64,000 nucleotides of DNA from Microbacteriaceae bacterium. Its GTDB lineage: Bacteria > Actinomycetota > Actinomycetes > Actinomycetales > Microbacteriaceae. Location of the stretch: the NCBI GenBank assembly GCA_947443745.1, contig CANEXL010000001.1, positions 3,185-67,184 of the forward strand. Direction: 5' to 3'. Under the pieces are notes generated by a model that was given only the letters and a program-made list of their open reading frames with translations, was not told the DNA's origin and did no database searches. Made by a program: the position numbers and the translations under genes. Position 1 is the stretch's first letter, and the number at the start of each line of letters is the position of its first letter. Below, piece by piece: positions 1 through 10,700 of this stretch.

Positions 1-708
1 GCCATCTCCGAAGAGTTCGTCTCGGGGCTTGGCCTCACGTGGAACCCGCTGACCACTCAGATCGAGTCTCACGACTGGCAGGCCGAGCTGTACAACAAGG
101 TTTCTCACGCCAACCGCGTGCTGCATAACCTCGCCACGGATATCTGGACCTACATCTCGATGGGTTACTTCCGCCAGATTCCTCAGGTCGGGGCGACCGG
201 CTCCTCGACGATGCCCCACAAGATCAATCCGATTCGCTTTGAGAACGCCGAGGCGAACCTTGAGCTCTCCAGCGCTGTGCTCGACTCCCTCGCCGCGACC
301 TTGGTAACGAGCCGTCTGCAGCGCGACCTCACCGACTCGACGACGCAACGCAACATCGGCGTCGGCTTCGGTCACTCACTTCTGGCTTTGGATAACATTC
401 GCCGTGGTCTGGGCGAAATTGATCTGGATGCCGCAGCTCTCGCTGCGGACCTCGACGCCAACTGGGAGATCCTCGGCGAAGCAATCCAAACCGTTATTCG
501 CGCCGAAGTAAGCGCCGGGCGCTCCACCATTAGTGACCCCTACGCGCTTCTCAAGGAGCTCACTCGGGGCAAGCGCATCAACCGCGACGACCTCGTGGCC
601 TTCGTGGCGACCCTTGAAATCGGTGACGAGGCTAAGCAACGTCTCCTCAACCTCACGCCAGCTGGGTACGCCGGTATGGCATCAGAATTGGTTCGCTACC
701 TCAACTAG
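1..708 (+). CDS. purB: Adenylosuccinate lyase, 5' truncated by window edge
   Basis: Frame 1 is open from base 1; fumarase/ASL signature GSSTMPHKINPIRFEN and SRLQRDLTDST. Confidence 0.95.
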   Translation, partial: AISEEFVSGLGLTWNPLTTQIESHDWQAELYNKVSHANRVLHNLATDIWTYISMGYFRQIPQVGATGSSTMPHKINPIRFENAEANLELSSAVLDSLAATLVTSRLQRDLTDSTTQRNIGVGFGHSLLALDNIRRGLGEIDLDAAALAADLDANWEILGEAIQTVIRAEVSAGRSTISDPYALLKELTRGKRINRDDLVAFVATLEIGDEAKQRLLNLTPAGYAGMASELVRYLN

Positions 709-760
709 AACTGACGCTCCGCCGGCTCGGCTACCTTGACCCGCGCGACAGCCTCAGGGA

Positions 761-1054
761 TTAGTGGCCGGAGCGCCGGCCCTCGGGGGAATCGGCGGAA
801 TCGCCAGCGCCATCCAGCACGGCCTTGTTCTGCTCTTCGATATCGAGCAGCTCTGCCTTGTTGGGTTTCGCACCCAGAACGAGCATCGCAATGACGATGA
901 GGCTGACGATGAAAGAGATGCCGAAGCTGATGAGCGACAGCATGAGTTCACGCGTAGACATCAAGACGATGAGCCCGCCAAAGACGCCGACGATGAGCGA
1001 AATGACAACGAGCTCGAGGGGCTTCATACGGTCGCGGCGGGTAGGCGTGGTCAT
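761..1054 (-). CDS. Small two-TM membrane protein, unknown function
   Basis: 97 aa with two hydrophobic helices; overlaps the upstream gene by 4 nt (1051-1054). Confidence 0.7.
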   Translation of the reverse strand: MTTPTRRDRMKPLELVVISLIVGVFGGLIVLMSTRELMLSLISFGISFIVSLIVIAMLVLGAKPNKAELLDIEEQNKAVLDGAGDSADSPEGRRSGH

Positions 1055-1632
1055 GACGATGTCTCTCGTTCTTCTGTGGTGGTGCGGGCGGATGCTCCAT
1101 CATCACTTCTCAGCGACAATCCTGCAATGACTAAATAGACGGCGAGAATTGCACCGTAGGCGCCGAAAAGGCCAACGGCGTAGACGTCGTTAACCGGAAA
1201 CAGCGAGATGCTGATGGCCAATATTGCGGTGAAAACTCCAACGGTCAACCACTCGCGTGCCAGCGCTCGATTGTTTTGGCGGTACCCGGCATACAACTCC
1301 AGTGCCGCCGTCACCGCGGCCCAGACGCTCAAAACCAGAACCAGAGCCGACAGCCCGCCGCCGAGTGTACACAAGGCGATGACTCCAGAGATCGCGGTGA
1401 CGACCGCGTGAATTCCGAAAAAGATTCGCTCGGGGCCGGTCAGAGGAACTCGGGCGATCATGACGAAGACGACGACGCACGAGACAAGGGCGAAACCGGC
1501 AAAGACACTCAATCCCACCAGGGAGGAGTGATTACGCGAAAAGGTGATGACGAGAGCCGCAATGGCAGCAGGGCCGGCGCGCCACAGAAAGGCGGTACCC
1601 AATCGGGACTGAAGGGTCGTTACGCGAGCCAC
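1051..1632 (-). CDS. HdeD/DUF308-like integral membrane protein
   Basis: About 6 TM helices with a repeated-hairpin pattern typical of DUF308; family call is by resemblance. Confidence 0.6.
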   Translation of the reverse strand: MARVTTLQSRLGTAFLWRAGPAAIAALVITFSRNHSSLVGLSVFAGFALVSCVVVFVMIARVPLTGPERIFFGIHAVVTAISGVIALCTLGGGLSALVLVLSVWAAVTAALELYAGYRQNNRALAREWLTVGVFTAILAISISLFPVNDVYAVGLFGAYGAILAVYLVIAGLSLRSDDGASARTTTEERETSS

Positions 1633-1745
1633 GGCATGCTTTCACGAGTAGGAGGAAGGATTCGCTTTGATTCTACGCCGTTGGTCTGATGGCGAACGGA
1701 GTGCCGGGCCTCCGTGAACGGCTAAAAGAACGGCTGGCCGAGTGG

Positions 1746-3113
1746 CTAGATCTTGGGCATATCCGCGAAGCGGGAGAAGTGCCCGTGAAAACCAACCGTG
1801 ATGGTTGCGGTGGGGCCGTTGCGGTGCTTGGCAACGATGAAGTCGGCCTCGCCCGCACGGGGATTGTCTTTCTCATACGCGCTTTCGCGGTGGAGAAGAA
1901 TCACCATGTCAGCGTCTTGCTCCAGCGAACCCGACTCACGCAGGTCGCTGATGGCAGGCTTTTTGTCAGCGCGCTGTTCGGGACCACGGTTGAGCTGGGA
2001 CAAGGCAATCACGGGAACTTGCAGTTCTTTGGCCATGAGCTTGAGGGCACGCGAGAACTCGCTTACCTCTTGCTGCCGGCTCTCAACGCGCTTCCCACTG
2101 GTCATGAGCTGCAGATAGTCGATGACGACCATCTTCAGGCCTACCCGCTGCTTGAGGCGACGACATTTGGCGCGAATCTCGACCAGGGTCATGTTGGGGC
2201 TGTCGTCAATGTACAGCGGCGCGTCATTGATGCGACCGCGGGTGGCCGCGATGGTTGTCCAGTCACGGTTATCGACGGTTCCCTTGCGCATGCTTTGCAG
2301 CGGAACGGACGCCTCAGCGGACAGAAGACGCATCGCAATCTCGCTTCGCCCCATCTCAAGGGAGAAGAAAATCGTGGGCATGTTGTGCTTGATCGCAGCG
2401 GCGCGGGCGAAGTCCAACGCCAGTGTCGATTTACCCAGTGCCGGCCGGGCCGCAACGATGATGAGTTGTCCAGCGTGCAATCCGTTGGTCAGCTCGTCGA
2501 GCTCCGCGAACCCGGTTGGGACACCGGTCATCGAGCCGTCACGGTGTTTGGCGGACTCGATCTCGTCAATGGCGGTGGCGACGGCTTCGGTGAGGGGAAC
2601 ATAGTCTTCGACGTCGACCGAGCCGGACACCTGATAAATCTCAGCCTGGGCATTGTTGACGAGATCAATGGCTTCGCCTTCCCCGGCGTAGCCCATCTGC
2701 ACGATGCGCGTTCCCGCTTCGACGAGACGACGCAAGAGGGCCCGCTCGGCAACGATGTTGGCGTAGTAGCCGGCATTGGCCGCCGTGGGAACGATCGCCG
2801 TGAGAGTGTGCAGGTACTCGACGCCACCCGCGCGCGTCAGTTCACCGGTTTTCGTCAGCTCGTCGGTGACGGTAATGACGTCGGTTGGTTCGCCGTGCGA
2901 GTACAGCGACAGGATGGCGTCATAGACGACCTCGTGCTTGGGAATGTAGAAGTCCACGCCGCGAACAATTTCGACGACATCGGCAACAGCATCTTTGCTG
3001 AGCAGCATGCCGCCGAGGGTGCTCTGCTCCGCCAACAAATCGTGGGGAGGCGTGCGCTCGCCCTGCCATGTCTCGCGGGTTTCCCCGGCGAGGCCTAAGC
3101 GTGCAATCGACAC
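1746..3113 (-). CDS. dnaB: Replicative DNA helicase DnaB
   Basis: AEQSTLGGMLL, Walker A AARPALGKST, IDYLQLM, LSQLNR, DLRESGSLEQDAD, KHRNGP; no intein. Confidence 0.98.
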   Translation of the reverse strand: MSIARLGLAGETRETWQGERTPPHDLLAEQSTLGGMLLSKDAVADVVEIVRGVDFYIPKHEVVYDAILSLYSHGEPTDVITVTDELTKTGELTRAGGVEYLHTLTAIVPTAANAGYYANIVAERALLRRLVEAGTRIVQMGYAGEGEAIDLVNNAQAEIYQVSGSVDVEDYVPLTEAVATAIDEIESAKHRDGSMTGVPTGFAELDELTNGLHAGQLIIVAARPALGKSTLALDFARAAAIKHNMPTIFFSLEMGRSEIAMRLLSAEASVPLQSMRKGTVDNRDWTTIAATRGRINDAPLYIDDSPNMTLVEIRAKCRRLKQRVGLKMVVIDYLQLMTSGKRVESRQQEVSEFSRALKLMAKELQVPVIALSQLNRGPEQRADKKPAISDLRESGSLEQDADMVILLHRESAYEKDNPRAGEADFIVAKHRNGPTATITVGFHGHFSRFADMPKI

Positions 3114-3248
3114 GAGCGTTCCTTTCTTGCGTCTCTCTCATTCAACCAACGACAATGTCGCACGAGCCACTGACACGCAGGAGTGCACGTTAGGAGAGGG
3201 AGTCGTATGCCGAGCTTAGAAACGACACCGATCTCGCTCAACTGCCCC

Positions 3249-3445
3249 TGTGGATAACTCTGTGCATGGATTTCTCGAAACGCCGTTGTTGCTGTTCATA
3301 AGATGTGGGAAAGTCTGTGAGTAAGTTATTTTTACTGGGCTTTATTTGTACTCAGAACAGGGCTTTTGCCCGTCAACAGGTGTGGATAACAAGTTCCTTC
3401 AAGTGTGTGTTTAAGCTTGGCCACTTAAGTCGTGTCTGTGTACAA
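3249..3445. promoter_or_regulatory. DnaA-box cluster upstream of dnaB
   Basis: Perfect TGTGGATAA at 3249 and 3381; degenerate co-oriented copies at 3261, 3293, 3304, 3316 and 3437. Confidence 0.75.
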
Positions 3446-3477
3446 CATTTAGGTGCAGCAGACAGATAAAAGGGGAC

Positions 3478-3514
3478 AAAAAAGGGCGACGAGCCGAAGC
3501 CCGTCGCCCTTTTT
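3478..3514 (-). terminator. Intrinsic terminator of the rpsF-ssb-rpsR-rplI operon
   Basis: AAAAAAGGGCGACG-loop-CGTCGCCCTTTTT hairpin just past the rplI stop. Confidence 0.85.
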
Positions 3515-3526
3515 ACGTTCTACGAA

Positions 3527-3979
3527 CTACTTTGCAGAAACAACCTGCAGCGTGATCGTGGCAATGATGTCGTCACGGAGGCGAATCGTCGCCTCGTGCT
3601 CACCCGTCAACTTGATGGGGGCGACGATTTCAATCTTGCGCTTGTCGAGCTCACCGAGTCCGGCGGCAGCAACAGCGGCAACAATGTGGTCGGTCTTAAC
3701 CGAACCGAAGAGGCGGCCATCTTGGCCCGTCTTGACGGAAAGCTTGACCTTGGTGCTCTCGAGCTTGGCTTTGAGGGCCTGAGCTTCTTCGAGTGTGGCG
3801 AGTTCACGAGCGATACGAGCGTTGCGGATCTGTTCGACCTGCTTCTCGCCACCACGTGACCATGACACTGCGAGTCCCTGAGGAATAAGGAAGTTACGGG
3901 CGTACCCGTTCTTCACCTCAATGACATCACCAGCGGAACCGAGTCCGGAGACCTCGTTAGTAAGAATCAATTTTGACAT
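3527..3979 (-). CDS. rplI: 50S ribosomal protein L9
   Basis: [26 protein letters not shown]; GRLFGSV. Confidence 0.98.
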   Translation of the reverse strand: MSKLILTNEVSGLGSAGDVIEVKNGYARNFLIPQGLAVSWSRGGEKQVEQIRNARIARELATLEEAQALKAKLESTKVKLSVKTGQDGRLFGSVKTDHIVAAVAAAGLGELDKRKIEIVAPIKLTGEHEATIRLRDDIIATITLQVVSAK

Positions 3980-3990
3980 GTGCGTTCTCC

Positions 3991-4254
3991 CTAACGGCCC
4001 GAGCCGGCGTAAGGAAGCAATGCCATCTCGCGTGCGTTCTTAACTGCACGGGCGATGAGGCGCTGCTCCTGAACCGAAACACCGGTGATACGACGGGCGC
4101 GGATCTTTCCACGCTCCGAAATGAACTTGCGAAGGGTTGCGACGTCTTTGTAGTCGATAACACCAACGCGGATGGACTTCGCGGGAGCAAGGGCTTTAGC
4201 GCCCTTTCCTCCGCGGAGAGGCTTGCGGCGATCGCCGCTCGACTTTCCAGCCAT
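3991..4254 (-). CDS. rpsR: 30S ribosomal protein S18 (no Zn-binding cysteines)
   Basis: [26 protein letters not shown]...[13 protein letters not shown]. Confidence 0.98.
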   Translation of the reverse strand: MAGKSSGDRRKPLRGGKGAKALAPAKSIRVGVIDYKDVATLRKFISERGKIRARRITGVSVQEQRLIARAVKNAREMALLPYAGSGR

Positions 4255-4341
4255 GATGACCTAACTTTCGTTAAATTTGGATGAGATCCGACCAGCGGTC
4301 GAACCAGAGGGGACGTCCTTCGCGAGAAGGGCGAGACAGAC

Positions 4342-4827
4342 CTAGAAGGGCGTGTCGTCTGCGCTGACACCGGGGGTGTTCCACGGGTCTGCTGCGGGTG
4401 CAGCCGGTGAGCCCCAGGGCTCATCAGATGCGGCAGAAACTCCGGGGCGACCCGAGGATGATGCGGCGGCGCGGGTGACGGTTGCCGTGGCGTACCGAAG
4501 CGAGGGACCAATCTCGTCCACTTCGAGTTCCATCGAAGTTCGCTTCTCGCCTTCCTTGGTTTCGTACGAGCGCTGCTTGAGTCGACCGGTAACGATGACG
4601 CGGGAGCCCTTGGTCAGGCTTCCGGCAACGTGCTCGGCAAATTCACGCCAGACACTGGCACGGAGGAAGAGAGCCTCACCGTCTTTCCACTCGTTAGCTG
4701 CGCGATCGAAATTGCGCGGCGTCGAAGCGATAGTGAAGTTCGCGACAGCGAGCCCATTCTGCGTGTACCGCAGTTCGGGATCGCTCGTCAGGTTTCCCAC
4801 AACGGTGATGACAGTTTCGCCAGCCAT
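4342..4827 (-). CDS. ssb: Single-stranded DNA-binding protein
   Basis: [16 protein letters not shown] fold; acidic DDTPF C-terminus. Confidence 0.98.
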   Translation of the reverse strand: MAGETVITVVGNLTSDPELRYTQNGLAVANFTIASTPRNFDRAANEWKDGEALFLRASVWREFAEHVAGSLTKGSRVIVTGRLKQRSYETKEGEKRTSMELEVDEIGPSLRYATATVTRAAASSSGRPGVSAASDEPWGSPAAPAADPWNTPGVSADDTPF

Positions 4828-4832
4828 AAGAC

Positions 4833-5210
4833 TTAGGCTTCCTTCGCAACCTTGGCAGGAGCAGCAGCCTTGCGGGCGGCCTTCTCTGCGGCAAGCTGTG
4901 CAGCGGCGGCAACCTGAGCGATTGCTTCTTCTGCGCGAAGAACCTTGGTACGCATGACGGCTTCGCTGAGGCTCAGCTGGCGGTCAAGCTCCACAGTGGC
5001 AGCGGAGTTCGACGTGAAGTTGACGACGGCGTAAATGCCCTCGTTCTTCTTGTTGATCTCGTAGGCCATACGACGCTTTCCCCAGATGTCGACCTTTTCG
5101 ATGGTTCCACCATCGTTGCGGATGACATTAAGGAACTTGTCGAGGCTGGGAGCTACTGTGCGCTCATCGATCTCTGGATCGAGGATCACCATTAACTCGT
5201 ACTGATGCAT
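4833..5210 (-). CDS. rpsF: 30S ribosomal protein S6
   Basis: [19 protein letters not shown]; operon position. Confidence 0.98.
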   Translation of the reverse strand: MHQYELMVILDPEIDERTVAPSLDKFLNVIRNDGGTIEKVDIWGKRRMAYEINKKNEGIYAVVNFTSNSAATVELDRQLSLSEAVMRTKVLRAEEAIAQVAAAAQLAAEKAARKAAAPAKVAKEA

Positions 5211-5275
5211 GACTAACCCACCTCCTTCGGACTAAACGGCTGCAGACGATCTGCAGCAGGAGGGTCTTGTGCATG
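5211..5275 (-). ncRNA. rpsF leader (S6:S18 autoregulatory RNA element)
   Basis: mRNA CCCUCCU-GCUGCAG-loop-CUGCAGC-...UCCG-AAGGAGG: an anti-SD stem enclosing a hairpin, with a CCG motif next to the SD. Confidence 0.7.
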
Positions 5276-5325
5276 TGCCGCTCGCGGAGGCCGAATAGTT
5301 TCGGCGCACGGGCAACTTTCCTAGA

Positions 5326-6759
5326 CTACACGCTTTGGCGTTGTTCCCACCACGTGAGCAGCCGAACTGTGGCGTCTTCTCGGGCAAGCGGGCCTTCATC
5401 CAGGCGCACATTGAGGAGATAATCGTAGGCCTCCCCGATGACGCGGCTCGGGCCAATCCCCAAAATTGCCATGATTTCTTCGCCATTGAGGTCGGGCCGC
5501 ACGGCCGCCATTTCTTCGGCTTCGGCCAGTACGGCAATCCGAGCTTCAAGATCGTCATAGGCAAAGGACAACCGGTCAGCTTTGCGCTTGTTGCGAGTCG
5601 TCACGTCGGCCCGGGTCAAGATGTGGAGACGTTCCAGCTGGTCGCCGGCGTCGCGCACATAACGGCGAACCGCCGAATCCGTCCAGGCCCCCTCGGTGTA
5701 ACCGAAGAACCTCAGGTGCAGCTCCACCAGTCGCGCGACGTTGACCGTCGTGTCCTTATCGAACCGCAAGGCCTTCAACCGCTTGGCAACGAGCTTGGAA
5801 CCCACGAGATCGTGGTGATGGAAACTCACCACACCGCCAGGTTCGAGTTTGCGCGTCGCGGGCTTTCCGATGTCGTGCATGAGGGCGGCGATGCGCAGGG
5901 TTAAGTCCGGTTCCGCATCCGGATGCCGCGATTTTTCCAGCTCGATAGCTTGGTCCAACACGGTCAACGAGTGCTCAAAGACATCTTTGTGGTGGTGGTG
6001 TTCGTCGACTTCCAGCTTCAGTGCGGGAATCTCGGGAAGAACGAGTTCGGCAACCCCGGTGCGACATAACAGTTGGATGCCCGCCCGCGGCGCGTCCGTC
6101 TTCAACAACTTGCACAGCTCGTCATTGACGCGCTCGGCCGAAATTTTGGAAATGGAGGTGGCCCGTTCCGCCATCGCCCACTCCGTTTCTTCGGTGAGCT
6201 CAAATCCCAGTTGCGAGACGAACCGCGCCGCACGCATCATGCGCAGCGGATCCTCGTCAAACGAAATAGCGGGACTCGACGGCGCTTGCAGGCGCTTGGC
6301 CACCAAGTCCTCGATTCCCCCGAAGGGGTCAACGAGAAGGAGCTCTGGCAGGCGCACCGCCATCGCGTTGACCGTGAAGTCCCGACGAGCCAAGTCGTCC
6401 TCGAGGTTCAAGCCAAACGCCACCTCGGGTTTGCGGGTTTCGCCGTCGTACTGATCGACGCGGTACGTCGTTATTTCAACGGTTTCCCCGGCAATGCGCG
6501 CCCCGATGGTTCCAAATTGGCGCCCAATATCCCAATGGGTATCGGAGATCGGCACCACAATTGCGAGGATCTCGTCGGGAGTGGCATTGGTGGTGAAGTC
6601 CAGATCGTTGACCGTGCGGCCCAAAAAAGCATCTCGAACGGGGCCGCCGACAAGCGCGAGTTCGAATCCGGCGCTGGCGAAGGCTGCCGCGAGTTGTAAG
6701 ACGCTCGGGGTCTCACTCAGACGGCGAAGAGAGTCGAGGGCATCGGCGGCGCTGTGCAT
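5326..6759 (-). CDS. cca: CCA tRNA nucleotidyltransferase with HD domain
   Basis: LVGGPVRD, DLDFTT, DLARRDFTVNAMA, EDPLRMMRAARF, HDIGK; start reassigned to ATG 6759, 7 nt after TAGAAT. Confidence 0.93.
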   Translation of the reverse strand: MHSAADALDSLRRLSETPSVLQLAAAFASAGFELALVGGPVRDAFLGRTVNDLDFTTNATPDEILAIVVPISDTHWDIGRQFGTIGARIAGETVEITTYRVDQYDGETRKPEVAFGLNLEDDLARRDFTVNAMAVRLPELLLVDPFGGIEDLVAKRLQAPSSPAISFDEDPLRMMRAARFVSQLGFELTEETEWAMAERATSISKISAERVNDELCKLLKTDAPRAGIQLLCRTGVAELVLPEIPALKLEVDEHHHHKDVFEHSLTVLDQAIELEKSRHPDAEPDLTLRIAALMHDIGKPATRKLEPGGVVSFHHHDLVGSKLVAKRLKALRFDKDTTVNVARLVELHLRFFGYTEGAWTDSAVRRYVRDAGDQLERLHILTRADVTTRNKRKADRLSFAYDDLEARIAVLAEAEEMAAVRPDLNGEEIMAILGIGPSRVIGEAYDYLLNVRLDEGPLAREDATVRLLTWWEQRQSV

Positions 6760-6819
6760 TCCTGAGATTCTACGCGGAGCCTCAGTCTTGACCGAGGCTA
6801 AACGCCTAGAATTGCACTC

Positions 6820-8973
6820 ATGTTGGCCGCTCTTACAAGACGTGCCGGGCGCATGTTCTTGGGGCTCACCGTGGTCACAGCTCTCAGCGCTGGCCTCTTC
6901 CTTCCTGCCCCGTGGGCCATTGGTAGCTCCGCCGCGGCCGTGACGCCCGCATCCGATGCCGTCACCGTCAGCATTTTTCCGACCACGGGCGCCAGCGTCA
7001 GCGAAGGCCAAGACCTCGCGGTCACAATTTCGTTGAAAAATATCTCGAGCGACGTTACCCCCGCCGGCCAGATTGTGGTGACAACGGAGTCATCCGTTCT
7101 CGCAGACGCCACTCAGGTCGACGAGTGGCTGGCAAAAACAGCTGAAGAACAACAGCCCGGCCGCTGGCTCGGGGTCGTCGAGGCGCCCGCGCTTCCGCCC
7201 GGAGCGAGCATTGATCTCACCGCCACCCTTCCCCTGAGTAACGCTTATTACGGAACGTCGTGGGGTCCCCGTGGGCTCGCTGCTGATCTTGAAATTGGCA
7301 CACAGAGTGCGGGCTCGGGGCGTGGCGTTTTCGTCTGGACGACCCCCGAGGCCACCCAGCGAACTCGCTTAGTGACACTTCTTCCCATTGTCTCGACCGC
7401 CTCAGCTTCCGGGCTCCTGACGGCCGATGAGCTCACCATGCTGACGTCTCCCCAGGGCGTTCTCACCCTGCAGTTATCCGTTGCCGCCAATAGAAATGTC
7501 ACGCTTGCCGTAGACCCTCGCGTGCTGGCCTCGATTGGGGCTCTCGGTTCACAGGCTCCGGCGAGCGCGCTTTCGTGGCTGGATCGGCTCTTGGCCTTGC
7601 CCAATGAGAGTTTCACCCTGGCCTACGCCGATGCCGACCTCGCTCTTCAGGCGCAAGCCGGGGCGACCGGGCTCGTGAGCGCCGCCTATAGCGACCAAAC
7701 ACTTCTCACCCCACAAGCCGTTTCCTCGGCCACTCCCTCTGCCACCCCATCGGCCACCCCCACCGCGCCATCCTCTGTGGGAACCCCGTCGACATCGTCT
7801 CTCCCCGACCACGCGACGGTGGCCGCAACACCCCTTCCGGCCGTGGTGAATGTTCCGTGGATCCCCTCCCTGACGAACCTGACCTGGCCGGCAGAGAACA
7901 CGGTTATGGGCACTGACATGGGCGTTTTGGCACCCACCCCTGCGACGGTCAGCATCTTGTCCTCTCGCAACATCGCGTCGGGAGCCACTTCGCCGTCGGT
8001 CGTGACGGTGGGCTCGCATCGGGCGCTTGTCACAAACGCTGGTCTGTCGCAGGCCCTCCAAGACGCCAGTGCTGCGGTATCCGACGCTCAGTGGTCCCAC
8101 AGCTTTTCTCTCGCATCGGCTTACCTTGCCGCAGCCGCACTCAGCCCGGCCGCCGATGGCGGGGCAATCGCCGCTTTCGGTCGGCAAAGCGGAAGCGACT
8201 CGTCGCTGACACGGGCGGGGCAAACGCTGGATCGACTTTCTGGCCTGGCGTGGGTGGAGGCTGGCTCACTTGGTGAACTATCTGCCGTCGCCAGTGACAC
8301 CACTGCGGTCCCTGTTGCGACGAGCATTGTTGACATGCCCGAAAGTGAAGAACGCGTGCAACTCGCGAAGGCCGTCCTCGGCCGTCACAGTGCTGTCGCA
8401 GATTTTTCGACGGTTCTGGATACTCCGGCACGGCTGACCGATGCGACAACCCGCCAGGAATTGGCGCTGTTCTCGGTGGCCTGGATCGCCGATGAGGCTT
8501 GGCCCGCTGCGGTTAGCCGTTATCAGCAGAGCACGTCAAGCATCCTGAATTCCATCCGCATAGTTCCCAGCAGTGAAATTCAAATGGTCGGTGGGCAGGT
8601 CAACATCCCTGTCACCATTGAAAACACCTTGACCCTGGCGGCAACCGTTCTCGTTCGCGCGACCCCCTCTAACGCTCGCCTCCGCGTCGACTCTGACGCC
8701 ACCACCAAAATTCAAGGCGAAGCTCAGGCGAAGGCATTGATTCCCGTTGTTGCGAGAGTGGGAAATGGAAGCGTCCTGCTGACCGTCTCCTTGTATTCCA
8801 GCAGCGGTGTTCTCATCGGTAGCGCCGTCCCTCTGCCCGTGACCGTTCGGGCGGATTGGGAAAGCTGGGGTCTCGGCGGTCTCGGAGCAATTTTTGCCGC
8901 GCTTGTGATTACCGGCGTTATTCGCACCGTGCGCAAGCGTCGCGACGAAAATACGGGTGTTTCTGGTGAGTGA
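6820..8973 (+). CDS. Secreted/membrane-anchored protein (DUF6049-like)
   Basis: N-terminal signal, C-terminal TM plus basic tail; conserved position between cca and murJ. Confidence 0.7.
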   Translation: MLAALTRRAGRMFLGLTVVTALSAGLFLPAPWAIGSSAAAVTPASDAVTVSIFPTTGASVSEGQDLAVTISLKNISSDVTPAGQIVVTTESSVLADATQVDEWLAKTAEEQQPGRWLGVVEAPALPPGASIDLTATLPLSNAYYGTSWGPRGLAADLEIGTQSAGSGRGVFVWTTPEATQRTRLVTLLPIVSTASASGLLTADELTMLTSPQGVLTLQLSVAANRNVTLAVDPRVLASIGALGSQAPASALSWLDRLLALPNESFTLAYADADLALQAQAGATGLVSAAYSDQTLLTPQAVSSATPSATPSATPTAPSSVGTPSTSSLPDHATVAATPLPAVVNVPWIPSLTNLTWPAENTVMGTDMGVLAPTPATVSILSSRNIASGATSPSVVTVGSHRALVTNAGLSQALQDASAAVSDAQWSHSFSLASAYLAAAALSPAADGGAIAAFGRQSGSDSSLTRAGQTLDRLSGLAWVEAGSLGELSAVASDTTAVPVATSIVDMPESEERVQLAKAVLGRHSAVADFSTVLDTPARLTDATTRQELALFSVAWIADEAWPAAVSRYQQSTSSILNSIRIVPSSEIQMVGGQVNIPVTIENTLTLAATVLVRATPSNARLRVDSDATTKIQGEAQAKALIPVVARVGNGSVLLTVSLYSSSGVLIGSAVPLPVTVRADWESWGLGGLGAIFAALVITGVIRTVRKRRDENTGVSGE

Positions 8974-10597
8974 TGACGCCAAGAAATCCTCACTGAGCCG
9001 TTCCAGTTTTATTCTGGGGTCGGGCACACTCGTCTCGCGCGCGTTGGGCTTCGTGAAGACCATTATTTTGGCGCAGACTCTGGGTGTCGTCGGTGGTGCT
9101 GGAGCCGACTCCTTCGCCGTCGCCAATCAGCTGCCCAGCAGTATTTACGTCATCATTGCCGGCGGCGTGCTTACCGCCACGCTCGTGCCCGCCATTGTGA
9201 AATCGGCGCTGCACACGGATGGCGGCGTCGCTTATATCAACAAGCTAATGACGATCGCGTTGGTCGTTCTCCTGGCCGTGACCCTGGCGGCAACGCTGGC
9301 GGCTCCGTGGCTTGTCGCCCTCTTTGCGGCGACGTGGTCCTCGCAACAGCTTGCCCTTGCGAGCGCTTTTGCCTACTGGTGTCTTCCCCAGATCTTCTTC
9401 TATGGCCTGTACACCGTGCTGGGCGAAGTGCTCAACGCTCGCGGCTCCTTTGGACCCTTCACGTGGGCTCCCGTTCTGAACAACGTGGTCGCCCTTCTCG
9501 GAGTGATTGCCTTCATGATTGTGTTCGGTGTGGACACGGGCGGCGAACGCGCGGTCGTCGACTGGACCCCGGGCATGGTCACCCTTCTCGCCGGTACAGC
9601 GACGCTGGGGGTTGCCGCTCAGGCCTTCATCCTCATTTTCTTTTGGCGTCGGCTGGGCCTCGGTTTTCGCCCCGATTTTCTGTGGCGCGGGGTCGGTCTG
9701 CGTGAAACCGGTCGGGTGGCCGGCTGGACGTTCGGCATTGTTCTCGTCACCCAACTCGGCGGAATCATCGAGACCAACGTCGTGGCACTGGCCTCGGGCG
9801 TCGGCGCCTCCGTCTTTACCCTGGCAACGGCGTGGCTCATTTTCATGCTCCCGCACTCCATCATCGCCGTCTCCATGGGCACGGTTTATTTCACCCGGAT
9901 GAGCGAGCACGCCGCGCAAAAGAAGATGGCCGAGGTAGAAGCCGATACCTCGGAGGCCCTGCGCAACATTGGCCTCCTGATCGTGTGGGCGGCAGTCGGC
10001 ATGGTCTGTGTGGCGTACCCCCTGTCAACGTTGTTCGCCGGCCAAGAATTCTCTGATGTTTCGAGTCTGGGAAGCCTCATCCAGATTCTGATTATTGGGC
10101 TCCCTGCTTTCTGCGCCCTTTACGTGATCTTCCGGGTCTTCTTAGCCCTCGGTCAGGCTCGCGTCTTGTTCAATTTGACCCTCCTGCAAGTCGGCCTCTT
10201 TTGTCTGCTCGCGCTGGGGTCCTCGCAATTGCCCCTCGACGTGGTGACGCAGGGCGTTGCCGGGAGTCTTGTCGTGTCAATTCTGTGCCAGGCCATCGTC
10301 GCTTATGTCCTGTTGCGTCGACGTTTGCCCGGTTTGGACACTCGCCGTCTGCGGGCGACGGGCATTCGTTCCTACGTGGCCGGAGGCGTCGCCGCTCTGG
10401 CCGGTCTGCTGGCCGGAGCCGTTTTGGGAGCGTACTCGGAGGATGGTTTTGCTTTGGCCTCTGTCATCGGAGCCCTCGTTGCCATGGTCTGCATTGGCCT
10501 TGTGGTGACCATCATCTACGTGCTCGTGCTGGGGCTCTTCCGAACCCCTGAGTTGGGGGCGGTCGTGCGCCTGGTTCGCATGAGAGTTGGCCGATAG
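8966..10597 (+). CDS. murJ: Lipid II flippase MurJ (MviN)
   Basis: GTLVSRALGFVK, ADSFAVANQLP, FMLPHS; about 14 TM; start is 8957 or 8966. Confidence 0.93.
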   Translation: MSDDAKKSSLSRSSFILGSGTLVSRALGFVKTIILAQTLGVVGGAGADSFAVANQLPSSIYVIIAGGVLTATLVPAIVKSALHTDGGVAYINKLMTIALVVLLAVTLAATLAAPWLVALFAATWSSQQLALASAFAYWCLPQIFFYGLYTVLGEVLNARGSFGPFTWAPVLNNVVALLGVIAFMIVFGVDTGGERAVVDWTPGMVTLLAGTATLGVAAQAFILIFFWRRLGLGFRPDFLWRGVGLRETGRVAGWTFGIVLVTQLGGIIETNVVALASGVGASVFTLATAWLIFMLPHSIIAVSMGTVYFTRMSEHAAQKKMAEVEADTSEALRNIGLLIVWAAVGMVCVAYPLSTLFAGQEFSDVSSLGSLIQILIIGLPAFCALYVIFRVFLALGQARVLFNLTLLQVGLFCLLALGSSQLPLDVVTQGVAGSLVVSILCQAIVAYVLLRRRLPGLDTRRLRATGIRSYVAGGVAALAGLLAGAVLGAYSEDGFALASVIGALVAMVCIGLVVTIIYVLVLGLFRTPELGAVVRLVRMRVGR

Positions 10598-10620
10598 TTC
10601 ACCCAGCCCTCGGTAGTCAA

Positions 10621-10646
10621 GGAATACCTCGCCCATAGAATGTGTT
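10621..10646 (+). promoter_or_regulatory. SigH/SigR-type promoter of trxBA
   Basis: GGAAT-N18-GTT (10621-25, 10644-46), the established actinobacterial thiol-stress sigma consensus; TAGAAT also embedded. Confidence 0.75.
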
Positions 10647-10700
10647 TATCAACTATGAGTCCGCATTCTTGTGATTATGCGGCCAGGTAAGGGAGTAATT

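Noticed and set aside
1689-3098. 469-aa ORF antisense to dnaB
   Set aside because: Shadow of high-GC codon bias on the opposite strand; no recognisable motifs
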